Shown: piece after piece, positions 9,468-19,408 of the stretch
Layout: every line of letters begins with the position of its first letter
Position numbering within the stretch: position 1 is the stretch's first letter
Assembly: GCA_963812155.1 (NCBI GenBank)
Contig: CAWETW010000002.1
Coordinates: 1-64,000 of the forward strand
Direction of reading: 5' to 3'
Source: Vulcanimicrobiota bacterium
GTDB lineage: Bacteria > Vulcanimicrobiota > Vulcanimicrobiia > Vulcanimicrobiales > Vulcanimicrobiaceae
Length of the DNA: 64,000 nucleotides
The notes under the pieces: generated by a model
Told to the model about the DNA's origin: nothing
Database searches by the model: none
The model's input: only the letters and a program-made list of their open reading frames with translations
Made by a program: the position numbers and the translations under genes

Positions 9468-9614
9468 ATACAGCCCCTTACGACGGGATTCGCAAGCGAA
9501 AGCCGTCCGGATCCCTTGGAAGCGATAGCGCGCCCGCGGGCGCTGGCGCGGTGTGTTCGGGAGGTAAAATCCTTCCCCTTCCGCGCCGCCCGAGCGTCTT
9601 CTTCACGGGTTCCC

Positions 9615-10520
9615 TCACCCGAAACGGACGACGCGCGGCCGCAGTTGCAACTCGTGCAGCACGCGCTCGTAGTCGGCCGGCGTCACCTCGGCCCACGTTT
9701 TCCCGAGGAGCGCCAGCAGCGCGGCCTCGACCACGTTGGTACCGAACGAGCGCCCGCCGAACTCCGGCGTGGTCGTGACGAGCGTGCGAACGCCGCGCGA
9801 TTTCAACTCGTCGAGATTCGCCGGCGTCACCGTGTTGGTCAGGACGAGTTTTCCGTCGAGGCGATCGGGCATGAATTGACGCATGAAATGGAAGTCGCCG
9901 GCGATGACGTCGGCTTCCTCGTAGTACTGCGGATACTTCGGGTCGGGCGCCTTCTCTTGTTTCTTACCGGTCGGGTAGAAGAACTGAAACGGCAGCTTGC
10001 AGGCGTCGGGCAGATACTTCTCCGCCATTTCTTCGAAGGTCTTGAGATCGCGCACCGGCATGTCTTTGTCGAGCGCGAAGATGAAGTCGCCGAAGAGCAC
10101 GTCGGCGCCGGCGTCGACGAGCGCCTGCGCCATGCCGAAGCGATCGAGCGCGCTGACCATGAGCACGCGCTTGCCGCGCAGGTCGATGCGCAGGTCGTCT
10201 TGCAGAAACCGAACCGCCGCGCGCTCGAGCGTGTTCTTCAAGCCGCTGCCGTCGACGACCGGCGTCGTTTTCGCCGCCTCGAGCAGGCGCAGGCCGTCGC
10301 GCAGCGCGTAGCGATGACGGCCGGCGTAGAGGTACACGTCGATTCCGCCCAAGCCGATCGCATCGACCTTCCCGTCGAGCTCGCGCACCATCGCGATCGC
10401 CTCGTCCAACTTGCCGTCGGTGCCTTTGCGCGAGATGTCGAAGGTCTCGCCTAAAAGTTGCGTCTGCGCGCGGTGATCGCGCGTCGACGAACCCAGCGAT
10501 ACCGAGACGATCGTTTTCAC
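9615..10520 (-). CDS. Conserved protein of unknown function (family often auto-labelled 'quinate 5-dehydrogenase')
   Basis: GTG at 10520: VKTIVSVSLGSSTRDH...DAIGLGGID...PVVDGSGLKNTLER...GRSFGTNVVEA; start overlaps the upstream stop. Confidence 0.7.
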   Translation of the reverse strand: MKTIVSVSLGSSTRDHRAQTQLLGETFDISRKGTDGKLDEAIAMVRELDGKVDAIGLGGIDVYLYAGRHRYALRDGLRLLEAAKTTPVVDGSGLKNTLERAAVRFLQDDLRIDLRGKRVLMVSALDRFGMAQALVDAGADVLFGDFIFALDKDMPVRDLKTFEEMAEKYLPDACKLPFQFFYPTGKKQEKAPDPKYPQYYEEADVIAGDFHFMRQFMPDRLDGKLVLTNTVTPANLDELKSRGVRTLVTTTPEFGGRSFGTNVVEAALLALLGKTWAEVTPADYERVLHELQLRPRVVRFG

Positions 10521-11631
10521 GCGACCGCTCCCGCCTGCCGGCGCGCCGCGGCCGCCGCGCGAATCGAGGCGATTCGTTCGGGCGTAATGGCCGCATCGAA
10601 CGCGCGCATGTCGGCCAACCTGAATCCGCAGCGCTCGGCCATCGACTGCATCTCCACAATCTTCGCGAGGTCGATCCCGCGGCCGAGCGTGTAGGGTTCG
10701 AAGCGGCCTTCGAGCGCAAGGACCATCGTCTCGCTCATGCACGCCAGCGCCGTTCGCGGCGGAAGATTCAAATCGAACTCGGTCCCGCGTTCGCGCACGC
10801 GTTCGAAACGCGGATTTCCCGGCACCAACATGTTGCCGCCCTCCGTGACGAGCACGTCCGGCCGCTCGGCGCGACGCGCCGGCTGACGTCGTGCGGAAGC
10901 GAGAGTTCGCACACGACGGCGCCGGTTTGCAAATCCTCAGGCTCGATTATGTCTTGCGTCGACGACGTCGCGGTCAGCACGAGTTGCGCCCGTCGCACCG
11001 CGTCGGAGATATTCGTCGTGATCGACGTTTCGCACGCAAGTTCGCCGGCGTTCGCGGCGTGAAACTTGCGCAACCGCGTTTCGTTGCGCGCAACCAGAAT
11101 CAGGTGCTTGACGTGCGGCGCGATCAGACGCACGCAGGCGCCGCCGATCGAGCCCGTCGCTCCGACGACGACCGCCGTCGCTTGCGCGGGATCGATATCC
11201 ATCTCGCTCGCCCCGCGGAAAAAGCTCTCCACGCCGGCAGCGATCGTCAGCGAGTTGCCGGTCGTCACGGGAATCGGCGAACGCTCGTTGATCGTTACGC
11301 CGCCGTCGCCGACGACGGCGGTGAACGCGCCCAGCCCCGCAACCTGCGCGCCGAGCTCCGCGCCGAGGTCGATCGCGGTGAGGATCCGGTCGTAGACCTC
11401 TTCGCGCGGAAGCGTCACCATCTGCTCGGGCAGCAGCGACGCCGAGACGAACCAGCCTTCGGTTTCGCGGCCGTCGGGCGCGCGCACGCCGGTCACGTGC
11501 ACCGCCGTCCACGGCGGCATCCACTCCATGATCTTGCGCATGATCGCGTCGCCCTTGCCCTTGGCACCGGGCTCGTAGCGCGCCACGTCTTCGAGCGAGA
11601 GCGGATGAATGACGAAGCAGAATTTATTCAT
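10517..11631 (-). CDS. Acyl-ACP reductase-like (COG5322-type) oxidoreductase (frameshift near 10870)
   Basis: MNKFCFVIHPL, AGLGAFTAVVGDGG, PVTTGNSLT, VVGATGSIG (Rossmann) and ALACMSETMVLALEGRFEPYTLGR match cyanobacterial AAR motifs, including the catalytic Cys. Confidence 0.75.
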
Positions 11632-12078
11632 GTTTGACGGCGCTTGCTTCGGCTTCTTTCTTTGAGGGCGGCGAGCATCATCTCGCTGTTCTCGCGGACT
11701 TTTCTTTCGAGCGTCGGGCCGATCAGTTCGGCGAGCGTCGGCACGCCGAAATCGAAGTCGACGCCGAGGTTGACGTGCGTCGCGCCGTCGCGTTCGACGA
11801 ACGTCCAGGCACCTTCGAACTTGTCGAGGTCGCCTTCGAGCAGTTTGTAGTCGATGCGCAAGCCATCGTCGTCGAAGCGATCCTCCTCGATCCATTCGAT
11901 CGGCGCCTCTTCGACCAGCGTCTTCCAGCGCGAAATGACGCCGCTCGGCGTGGCGCTCGAGCACGACGACGATCTCGACGTCGGGCATGAACTCCGGAAA
12001 ACGTTCCTGATCTTTGGCGAGTTCGTACACGATCCTAGCAGGTGCGGCGACCGTCGTCGCGGTTTCGACGTAAGGCAA
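11628..12078 (-). CDS. SRPBCC/START (cyclase/dehydrase-like) lipid-binding protein (frameshift near 11950)
   Basis: VYELAKDQERFPEFMPDV, then IEWIEED...LLEGDLDKFEGAWTF...DFDFGVP. Confidence 0.8.
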
Positions 12079-12091
12079 AGGTATGTGTTCC

Positions 12092-13342
12092 TTACAATAC
12101 GCCGAGCTTCTCGCGTGCAGTAGCCGCCCCTGCCCGCAACGCTTCGAGCGCCCGCTCGACTTCGGCTTCGGTGACGATCAACGGCGGCTCGAGCCGAATG
12201 ACGCGCTGCGCGTTGAGCGTCCACGCCGCCGTTACGCCCGACTTGAGCATCTCCGGAATGATCCAGCCGCCGTACCCTTCGTTTGCGAGCTCGACGCCGA
12301 CGACCAGACCCAGGCCGCGCACGTCGCGGACGACCGACGGAAACTCCGCCGCGATCGCCCGCGCGCCGGCGAGCAGCTGCTCGCCGCGCACGCGTGCGTT
12401 CTCCACCAGACCGTCTTCCTCGAGCACGTTCATCGCGGCGAGCGCCGCGGCGCACGCGAGTTCGTTGCCGCCGAACGTCGAGGTGTGGAGCAGCGGCGCC
12501 TTGCCGAAAGCGCGCGTCCACGCCTGCGGTCTTGCGATGAACGCACCGACCGGCATGACGCCGCCCGAGAGCCCTTTTGCGAGCGTCATCACGTCGGGAA
12601 CGACGCCTTCGCGATCGCACGCGAAGCGATACCCGCACCGGCCGAGTCCGGTCTGCACTTCGTCGGCAACGAAGAGCGCGCCGGTGCGGTCGCACGCCGC
12701 GCGCGCCGCCGCGAGATATCCTAGCGGCGGAACGTTCACGCCGCCCTCGCCTTGCACGGGCTCGACGATGAACGCGGCGGCATCCTGCAGCGCGTCGTCC
12801 AGTACGCCGGCATCGGCGTACGGAACGTGTGCGAAGCCTTCGAGCAGCGGGCGGAACGGCGTCTGGAACGTTTCGCGGCCGCTGACCGAGAGCGCACCCA
12901 TCGTCTTACCGTGAAACGCGTCGATCGTGCTGACGATTTTCGTGCGTCCGGTCGCGGCGCGCGCGAGTTTGATGGCGCCCTCGATCGCTTCGGTGCCGCT
13001 GTTGCACCAAAAGGAGATTTCGAGATCGCCGGGCGCGATTTCGGCCAAGCGTCGCGCCGCACGTCCGAGCATCACGTTGAACATCGTCTTACCCGAAAGC
13101 GACATTAACTCCATCTGCGCGCGCACCGCGTCGAGCACGCGCGGATGCGAATGGCCCAGCGTGAAGACGCCGTATCCGCCCGCGAAATCGAGGTACGCTT
13201 TCCCGTTTTGATCCCAGATCGTGCAGCCGCGTGCGCGCACCTCGACCGGCGACCCCGAGAGTTTCATCACCCGCGCCAGCGGCGGGTTGACGTATCGTTT
13301 GTAGTTTTCGTACGCCTCGGCGGCCAGTTCGGCAGGCGTCAC
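12092..13342 (-). CDS. Class-III PLP aminotransferase (putrescine/ornithine-like)
   Basis: NSGTEAIEGAIK, FHGKTMG, EPVQGEGG, DEVQTGLGR, TLAKGLSGG, HTSTFGGN. Confidence 0.93.
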   Translation of the reverse strand: MTPAELAAEAYENYKRYVNPPLARVMKLSGSPVEVRARGCTIWDQNGKAYLDFAGGYGVFTLGHSHPRVLDAVRAQMELMSLSGKTMFNVMLGRAARRLAEIAPGDLEISFWCNSGTEAIEGAIKLARAATGRTKIVSTIDAFHGKTMGALSVSGRETFQTPFRPLLEGFAHVPYADAGVLDDALQDAAAFIVEPVQGEGGVNVPPLGYLAAARAACDRTGALFVADEVQTGLGRCGYRFACDREGVVPDVMTLAKGLSGGVMPVGAFIARPQAWTRAFGKAPLLHTSTFGGNELACAAALAAMNVLEEDGLVENARVRGEQLLAGARAIAAEFPSVVRDVRGLGLVVGVELANEGYGGWIIPEMLKSGVTAAWTLNAQRVIRLEPPLIVTEAEVERALEALRAGAATAREKLGVL

Positions 13343-14337
13343 GCGGCCGCGGGCTCGGCTTCGAACGATGCGATCGCCGACTCGATCAACGCGATCGCGT
13401 CGTCAGCGCGGTCGAGGTGCATCAAGCGCTCGCGCAGCGCGGCCGCGCCGGGCATGCCCTTGAGATAGAGCGCGACGTGCTTGCGCATCTGCGGGACGGC
13501 CCGGGCCTCGCCGAGTTCGCGCAGCATCGCGCGGTAGTGAACGATCGCGAAAGCCAAGCGGTCGGGCGCGCAAGGCAGCGGTTGCGCCGGACGCCCTTCC
13601 ATGAGATCGCGAATCTGCGCGATGAGCCAGGGATTGCCGAGCGTCGCCCGCCCGAGCATGATGCCGTCGACGCCGCTGGTGCGCATGCGCTCGAGCGCGA
13701 CGTGAGCGTCGTCGAGATCGCCGTTTCCGATCACCGGAATGTCGACGCTGCGCTTGAGCGCAGCGATGTGCTCCCAGTCGGCTTCACCTTTATAGAATTG
13801 TTTGGCGGTGCGCGCGTGCAGCGTCACGGCCTGCACGCCGGCCGACTGCGCGCGGCGTGCAACGTCGGCGTAGACGAGACTGTCGGCGCTCCAGCCCAGA
13901 CGCATCTTCATCGTCACGGGACAGTCGACCGCGGCGACGACCGCGCGCATGATCGCTTCGCAACGGTCGGGATCGCGCAAGCACGCCGATCCGCCGTTCG
14001 TCTTGGTCACTTTGGGCGCGGGACAGCCGAAGTTGATGTCTACGATGTCGGCGCCGCATTCGCGCACGACTTTGGCGGCCTGCGCCATCACGGCGGGATC
14101 GTCGCCCCAGAGTTGCGTGGATACCGGCTTCTCCACGCCGTGCTGATCGATCATCTCCATCGTGCGGCGGCTGCCGAAACGCAGCGCGTTGGCCGAAACG
14201 AACTCGGTGACGGTAAGTCCCAACCCGAAGGGCTTATAGAGCGCTCGCATCGTCCGGTTGGTCACGCCGGACATCGGCGCGAGAACGAGCGGCGGCCAGA
14301 CTTCGATCGGACCGATTTTCAGCGCGGGAACGGCCAT
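13339..14337 (-). CDS. dusB: tRNA dihydrouridine synthase B
   Basis: LAPMSGVT, DINFGCPAPKV, TLHART, IGNGD, MLGRATLGNPW. Confidence 0.93.
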   Translation of the reverse strand: MAVPALKIGPIEVWPPLVLAPMSGVTNRTMRALYKPFGLGLTVTEFVSANALRFGSRRTMEMIDQHGVEKPVSTQLWGDDPAVMAQAAKVVRECGADIVDINFGCPAPKVTKTNGGSACLRDPDRCEAIMRAVVAAVDCPVTMKMRLGWSADSLVYADVARRAQSAGVQAVTLHARTAKQFYKGEADWEHIAALKRSVDIPVIGNGDLDDAHVALERMRTSGVDGIMLGRATLGNPWLIAQIRDLMEGRPAQPLPCAPDRLAFAIVHYRAMLRELGEARAVPQMRKHVALYLKGMPGAAALRERLMHLDRADDAIALIESAIASFEAEPAAA

Positions 14338-14346
14338 AAGCGGATA

Positions 14347-15003
14347 CTATACCACGGCCGTCAGCAGCGCCACCATGCCGGCCGGCACCCACAGCGCGCC
14401 TGCGCCCAACAGCCGCAGCCCAGCCGTTCCGGCGAACGCTCCCGCGAGGTATACCATCCAGACGCCGGCGTTGGCGCGCCCCTCGCTGCGCGCGACGGCG
14501 TCCGGCTCCGGGCGCCCGAGCAGCGTGTCGATCGCATGAACGATGGTTCCCGTCACGTAGGTCGTCGACACGCCTCCGACGCCGGAGCGAACCGCGAGCA
14601 GGCTCTGCAAACCCATCACGATGGAGAGCAACGCCACCGACAACGTGCGCGGAGCGTGCCCCCGTTGCAGCAACGCCGTCACCGCAAGCAACGCCGCGAC
14701 GGCCGAGAGCAGCCACAGCGCACGGCGCCGGAAGTTCGCGCGGCCACGCAGCAGCAGTGCGGCGGCAAGTGCGCCGCCGACGAATGCGACGACCGAGATG
14801 AGCGGCAGCGTAACGCCGATGTTGCCGGGAAGCGCTCCGAACACCCGGCCGGCGATCGCCCCGCCGAGCAAGACGGTATTGCCCGTCATGTTCGCGGTGA
14901 AGACGCCGAAACCGAAGAACGCGACCGCATCGCCGTAGCCGGCGACGAGCGTCAATGCGCCGAGTACGACGTACGTGCGTGCGCCTATCGGCGGCGCCGT
15001 CAC
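14347..15003 (-). CDS. YoaK/DUF1275 family membrane protein
   Basis: AGYGDA, FTANMTGN, MGLQS, TTYVTG motifs; GTG at 15003. Confidence 0.85.
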   Translation of the reverse strand: MTAPPIGARTYVVLGALTLVAGYGDAVAFFGFGVFTANMTGNTVLLGGAIAGRVFGALPGNIGVTLPLISVVAFVGGALAAALLLRGRANFRRRALWLLSAVAALLAVTALLQRGHAPRTLSVALLSIVMGLQSLLAVRSGVGGVSTTYVTGTIVHAIDTLLGRPEPDAVARSEGRANAGVWMVYLAGAFAGTAGLRLLGAGALWVPAGMVALLTAVV

Positions 15004-15772
15004 GCGCGGACCGATTCGTAAAACAGCCGCAGGCCGACCAAGCTGAGATGCGGGTCGACGGCGTCGACCACCGTCGTGTGGCGGGCGAACAGTTCTGCGA
15101 GACCCCCGGTCGCGACGACCCGCGCCGGCGCGGCGATTTCGCGCCGCATGCGCTCCACGATCGCTTCGGTCTGACCCGCGAAGCCGTAGACGATGCCGGA
15201 GCGCAGCGCGGCATCGGTCGTGCGTCCGATCGTGCGTTCCGGCGCGTCGAGCGCGACCTGCGGAAGTTTGGCGGTGCGCCCGACGAGCGCGTCGATCGAA
15301 ATGGTAATGCCGGGCGCGATTGCGACGCCGAGATACTCTCCCGCCGGCGAAATGGCGACGAACACCGTCGCCGTGCCGTAACTCACCACGATCAGCGGCG
15401 CACCGAAGCGCGCGCGTCCGCCGATGGCGGCGGCGATCAGGTCCGCACCGGACTCCGCCGGATATTCGGTGAGGACCGGAAGCAGCCGCTGCTCGTGCGC
15501 GCGCAAAAACAACGGCGCTACGCCAAAGAAATGCCGGCACACGGCGTCGAGCACGGGATCGAGTTTCGGCACGACGCTGGCGATCGCAACGGCGGCGACC
15601 GCGCTCGGGTCTACCCCGCTCGCCGGCAAAGAGCTGCATGAAAGAACACGCCGTACTCGTCGGGCGTGCGCTTGACGTCGGTCGTCACGCGCCAGGTGTG
15701 CGTCAAGTCGCCCGCCTGCGTGAAGCAGCCGAGTTTCGTCTCGGTATTTCCGACGTCGATTGCCAGCAGCAC
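15000..15772 (-). CDS. coaX: Type III pantothenate kinase (frameshift near 15635)
   Basis: VLLAIDVGNTETKLG; ASVVP; GADLI; YGTAT; IAPG; VATGGLA. Confidence 0.92.
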
Positions 15773-15776
15773 GCCT

Positions 15777-16970
15777 TTACGAGGCTCCGTTTCGGAGTGA
15801 CTCGATCGCATCGAGCAGTCTCACCGCAAGCGCATCCTTGCCCGCACGACCGAGTTCGCGACGCCCTTGCGCGCCCCAAAGCAGCGTCAACGCGTTCTCT
15901 CCCGTGCCGAATCCGCGTTCTTCGCGCACGTCGTTAACGGCAATCGCGTCGAGATGTTTGCGCACCAGCTTTTCGCGCGCGTTGCGTTCGTGATCGTCGG
16001 TTTCGGCCGCAAAACCGACGAGGAAACTCTTTCCCTTGCGTTCGCCGAGCGCGGCCAGGACATCGGGATTGCGCACCATGCGCACGACCACATCTTCAGG
16101 TGTCTTCTTCGTCTTCGATTCCGCGCGCCGTTCCGGCCGCCAGTCGGAGACGGCGGCGGCGGCGATGATGAGGTCGGCACCGGCGGCGCGCTCCATTGCG
16201 GCGTCGTAGAGTTCTTGCGCGGTCGTGACGCGCACGACGGTCACGCCGGGCGGAGATTCGAGCAACGTCGGGCCGAGCAGCAGCGTCACGTCGGCGCCGC
16301 GCAGCGCCGCTTCGCGCGCGAGCGCGATGCCCGTCGCGCCGGTCGACGCATTGCTGACGAAGCGCACCGGATCGAAGGCCTCGCGCGTGGGACCGGCCGT
16401 GATTGCGACGCGCAATCCGCTCAATGACGCGCGCCGCGCGAGCACCGCTTCGATGGCGTCGAGAATGCGTTCCTCGGCGGCCAAGCGGCCGACGCCGCTC
16501 TCACCCTCGGCCAAGTATCCGCGCTCCGGTTCGACGACTTCGTACCCGCGCGCGCGCAGCGCGGCGAGATTCGCACGCGTCGCCGGGTGTTCGTACATCG
16601 CATCGTTCATCGCCGGCGCCACAATCACCGGAATGCGCGCCGCCAGCAGTGCCGTCGTGAGCAGATCGTCGGCGATGCCGGCGGCGAGTTTGGCGATGAC
16701 GTTCGCGGTCGCGGGTGCGACGACCGCGACCCGGGCTTCGCGCACGAGCCGGATGTGCGGAATGCGTTCGGGTGCGTCCCACAGCGACGAATACACCGGA
16801 CGCGACGTCAGCGACGAAAACGTCAATGCGCCGACGAAGCGTTCGGCTTCTTCCGTGAGCACGACGTCGACGGCCGCACCGCGCTGCACGAGCGTGCTCG
16901 TGAGCGCCGCCGCCTTGTACGCCGCGATGCCTCCGGTGACGCCGAGAAAGATGCGCGCGCCCGCGATCAC
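15777..16970 (-). CDS. coaBC: Bifunctional phosphopantothenoylcysteine decarboxylase/ligase
   Basis: LGVTGGIAAYK, APATAN, APAMN, TAGPTREAFDPVRFVSNASTG, VGFAAET. Confidence 0.95.
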   Translation of the reverse strand: MIAGARIFLGVTGGIAAYKAAALTSTLVQRGAAVDVVLTEEAERFVGALTFSSLTSRPVYSSLWDAPERIPHIRLVREARVAVVAPATANVIAKLAAGIADDLLTTALLAARIPVIVAPAMNDAMYEHPATRANLAALRARGYEVVEPERGYLAEGESGVGRLAAEERILDAIEAVLARRASLSGLRVAITAGPTREAFDPVRFVSNASTGATGIALAREAALRGADVTLLLGPTLLESPPGVTVVRVTTAQELYDAAMERAAGADLIIAAAAVSDWRPERRAESKTKKTPEDVVVRMVRNPDVLAALGERKGKSFLVGFAAETDDHERNAREKLVRKHLDAIAVNDVREERGFGTGENALTLLWGAQGRRELGRAGKDALAVRLLDAIESLRNGAS

Positions 16971-17813
16971 GCCGGAATCTTTCCATCCGGCGCGACGTAG
17001 AGGTTGTCGATCAGGCGCGTCGTTCCGAAATGCGCCGCGCCGATGACGAACGCCGGCGCTTCGAGCCGTTCGAGCGGCTCGAACGTCGTCGCCGAAACGA
17101 CGTCGAAGTAGTCGGGAACGGCACGCGGCGTGAGCGTGGCGCGCGCTACGGCGTTCGCGTCTTCGCGGGAACGTCCACGCTCGAGCGCGTCGCGCATGGC
17201 GGTCAGCGCGCGGTAGAGCGTCGGTGCGTCGGCGCGCTGGCGTGCGTCGAGATATGCGTTGCGGCTCGACATCGCCAGTCCGTCGGACTCGCGAATCGTC
17301 GGGACGATCTCGACGCCGACGCCGAATGCGAGATCCGAAATCATCTTTTGCAAGCACGCACGTTTGCTGCGCGTCTTTCTGTCCGAGGTAGAGGACGTCG
17401 GGCCGGACGACGTGCAGCAGTTTTGCGACGACCGTCGCGACGCCGCTGAAGTGATGCGGCCGCACCACGCCTTCGTAGGTCTCCGCAACCGGTCCGACGT
17501 CGATGGACGTCGAGAAGCCGGCTGGATACATCTCGGCGTCGCCGGGCGCGAAAAGCGCATCGACGCCGGCCGCCGCGAGTATAGCGCGGTCGCCTTCGAG
17601 ATCGCGCGGATAACGCGCGTAATCTTCGCTCGGACCGAACTGCAGCGGATTGACGAAGATCGAAACGGCGACCGACGCGCTGCGTTCGCGCGCGTATCGC
17701 AATAACTGCACGTGACCGTCGTGCAGCGCGCCCATCGTGGGAACGAAGCCGAGCGGTCGCGACAGCGCGTCGAAGAGCGCGCGGGCGCGCGCGACCGAAG
17801 TGACGATTTGCAT
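16967..17813 (-). CDS. panC: Pantoate-beta-alanine ligase (frameshift near 17350)
   Basis: GFVPTMGALHDGH, FVNPLQF, GQKDAQQ, RESDGLAMSSRN, TRLIDN. Confidence 0.95.
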
Positions 17814-17824
17814 GCGGCGATGGC

Positions 17825-18127
17825 CTACGCGCGCGTGACGCGCAGCACGGTGCGTCCGACGATGAATGGAGCGCCGACCGCAAGCGCGACGTCGCCGCAG
17901 ACCACGCGCCCGTCGACCTTCGTGCCGTTGCGGCTGTCGAGATCGGTGAGTTTGAGCGCGCCGTCGTCTACCCGCAGCAGCGCGTGGCGGCGCGAAACGT
18001 AGCGGTCGAGCGCGATGCAGGCCCCGGCCACCGCGTCGTCTCGCCCGATCGTGATCTCGCGCTCGAACCCCCACGTCTTGCCGTCGAGGGGACCGCTGAG
18101 CACCTCGAGCAGATACATCGAGGTCAC
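17825..18127 (-). CDS. Stand-alone FHA-domain protein
   Basis: ITIGR, VSRRHA, DLDSRNGT. Confidence 0.9.
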   Translation of the reverse strand: MTSMYLLEVLSGPLDGKTWGFEREITIGRDDAVAGACIALDRYVSRRHALLRVDDGALKLTDLDSRNGTKVDGRVVCGDVALAVGAPFIVGRTVLRVTRA

Positions 18128-18151
18128 GCTTTCGTTAGCCGGGCCCGGAGG

Positions 18152-19408
18152 TCATGGCGAGGCAAAGCCGACGGCTCGTGCCGCCAAAAGCGCGCCGAGG
18201 CACGCGTGCGCGTACGTCACGCCGCCCTGAAGGTAGACCTCGTACGGCGGCCGCAGCGGCGCGTCGCACGAGAGTTCGATCGTCGCGCCCGCCACGAAGG
18301 CGCCGCTCGACATGACGACCGGCTCGGCATAGCCCGGCACCGCTCCCGGTTCGGGACGAAAGCGCGCGTTGACCGGCAACGATTCTTGCAGCCCGGCGGC
18401 AAAGCGCATGAGGCGTTCGGCAGAACCGAGGGCAATCGCCTGAACGATGTCGGTGCGGACCGTACCCGGTTTGGGCTCGACGCGATAGCCGAGTTCGGCG
18501 AACAATGCTGCGGCGAAATCGAGGCCGCGCAAACAGTGCTCGACGATCGACGGAGCCAGGAACAGACCCTGCACGAGCGCGCGACCGAACCCGAGGGTCG
18601 GGCCCAGCGCACCGCCGATGCCCGGCGCGTAGAGACGCGCGGCGACGCGTTCGACGAGATCGCCCCGCCCGACGACGTAGCCGCCCGCGGGTGCGATGGA
18701 GCCGCCGAGGTTCTTGATCAGCGAACCCATGGCGAGATCCGCGCCGACGTGCGTCGGCTCTCGCGCTTCGACCAGCTCGCCGTAACAGTTGTCGACGAGA
18801 ATCGGCACGTCCGGGGCCTGCGCCTTCATCGCTTGGAACGCACGCGCGCACTCGCGCACGTGAAGCGACTTACGCGGTGCGTACCCGCGCGAGCGTTGTA
18901 CGAAGATCGCAGACGGTTTTTCCGCGTCGATCGCGTGCAAGACCGCGGGCAGATCCACGCGTCCGTCCGGCAGCAACGCGATCTCGCGATACGCTACGCC
19001 CTGCGTGACCAGCGCGTGGGGTGCGTCGCAGATGGCGCTGCGCAGCGTGTCGTACGGCCGTCCGGTAACCGACAGCAGCGTGGTGCCTGCAGGCGCGCAC
19101 GCCGCGAGGGCCGTCACGATCGCATGGGTCCCGCTTACGATCGAGAGACGCGCCAGCGCGCGCTCGGCCCCGAAGATCCGCGCGAGGAGCGATTCGTAAC
19201 GCGCGCGCGCCGGATCGTCGTAGCCGTATCCGGTCGAGCCGTAGAGGTCGCTCTCGGCGAGGCCTTCGCGTGCAAACGCTTCGAGCACGTTGGCGGCAAC
19301 CTCTCGTTGCGGTGCGTAGGCGATCGCCGCGGTCTCTTGCGCTGCGCGCAGCGCAGCGTCGCGCAGCCGCGCGTCGATACCGAAGCGCGCGCACAGCGTT
19401 TCGATCAC
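18152..19408 (-). CDS. YnbB-type methionine gamma-lyase family PLP enzyme
   Basis: STGYGYDD, VSGTHAI, QRSRGY, VDNCYGE, GSLIKNLGG, GATIELSCD; GTG at 19408. Confidence 0.9.
   Translation of the reverse strand: MIETLCARFGIDARLRDAALRAAQETAAIAYAPQREVAANVLEAFAREGLAESDLYGSTGYGYDDPARARYESLLARIFGAERALARLSIVSGTHAIVTALAACAPAGTTLLSVTGRPYDTLRSAICDAPHALVTQGVAYREIALLPDGRVDLPAVLHAIDAEKPSAIFVQRSRGYAPRKSLHVRECARAFQAMKAQAPDVPILVDNCYGELVEAREPTHVGADLAMGSLIKNLGGSIAPAGGYVVGRGDLVERVAARLYAPGIGGALGPTLGFGRALVQGLFLAPSIVEHCLRGLDFAAALFAELGYRVEPKPGTVRTDIVQAIALGSAERLMRFAAGLQESLPVNARFRPEPGAVPGYAEPVVMSSGAFVAGATIELSCDAPLRPPYEVYLQGGVTYAHACLGALLAARAVGFASP

Noticed and set aside
9468..9614. Structured leader or riboswitch upstream of greA
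   Set aside because: Only short GC-rich stems are visible, with no recognisable family motif.
10768..12078. Apparent START-reductase fusion (436-aa ORF)
   Set aside because: Created by a frameshift in the START gene; the START C-terminus has its own stop at 11628, overlapping the reductase ATG.
15777..18074. Apparent PanC-CoaBC fusion (765-aa ORF)
   Set aside because: The panC C-terminus lies in another frame ending at 16967, and the linker in the long ORF is nonsense-like, so this is an indel artefact.
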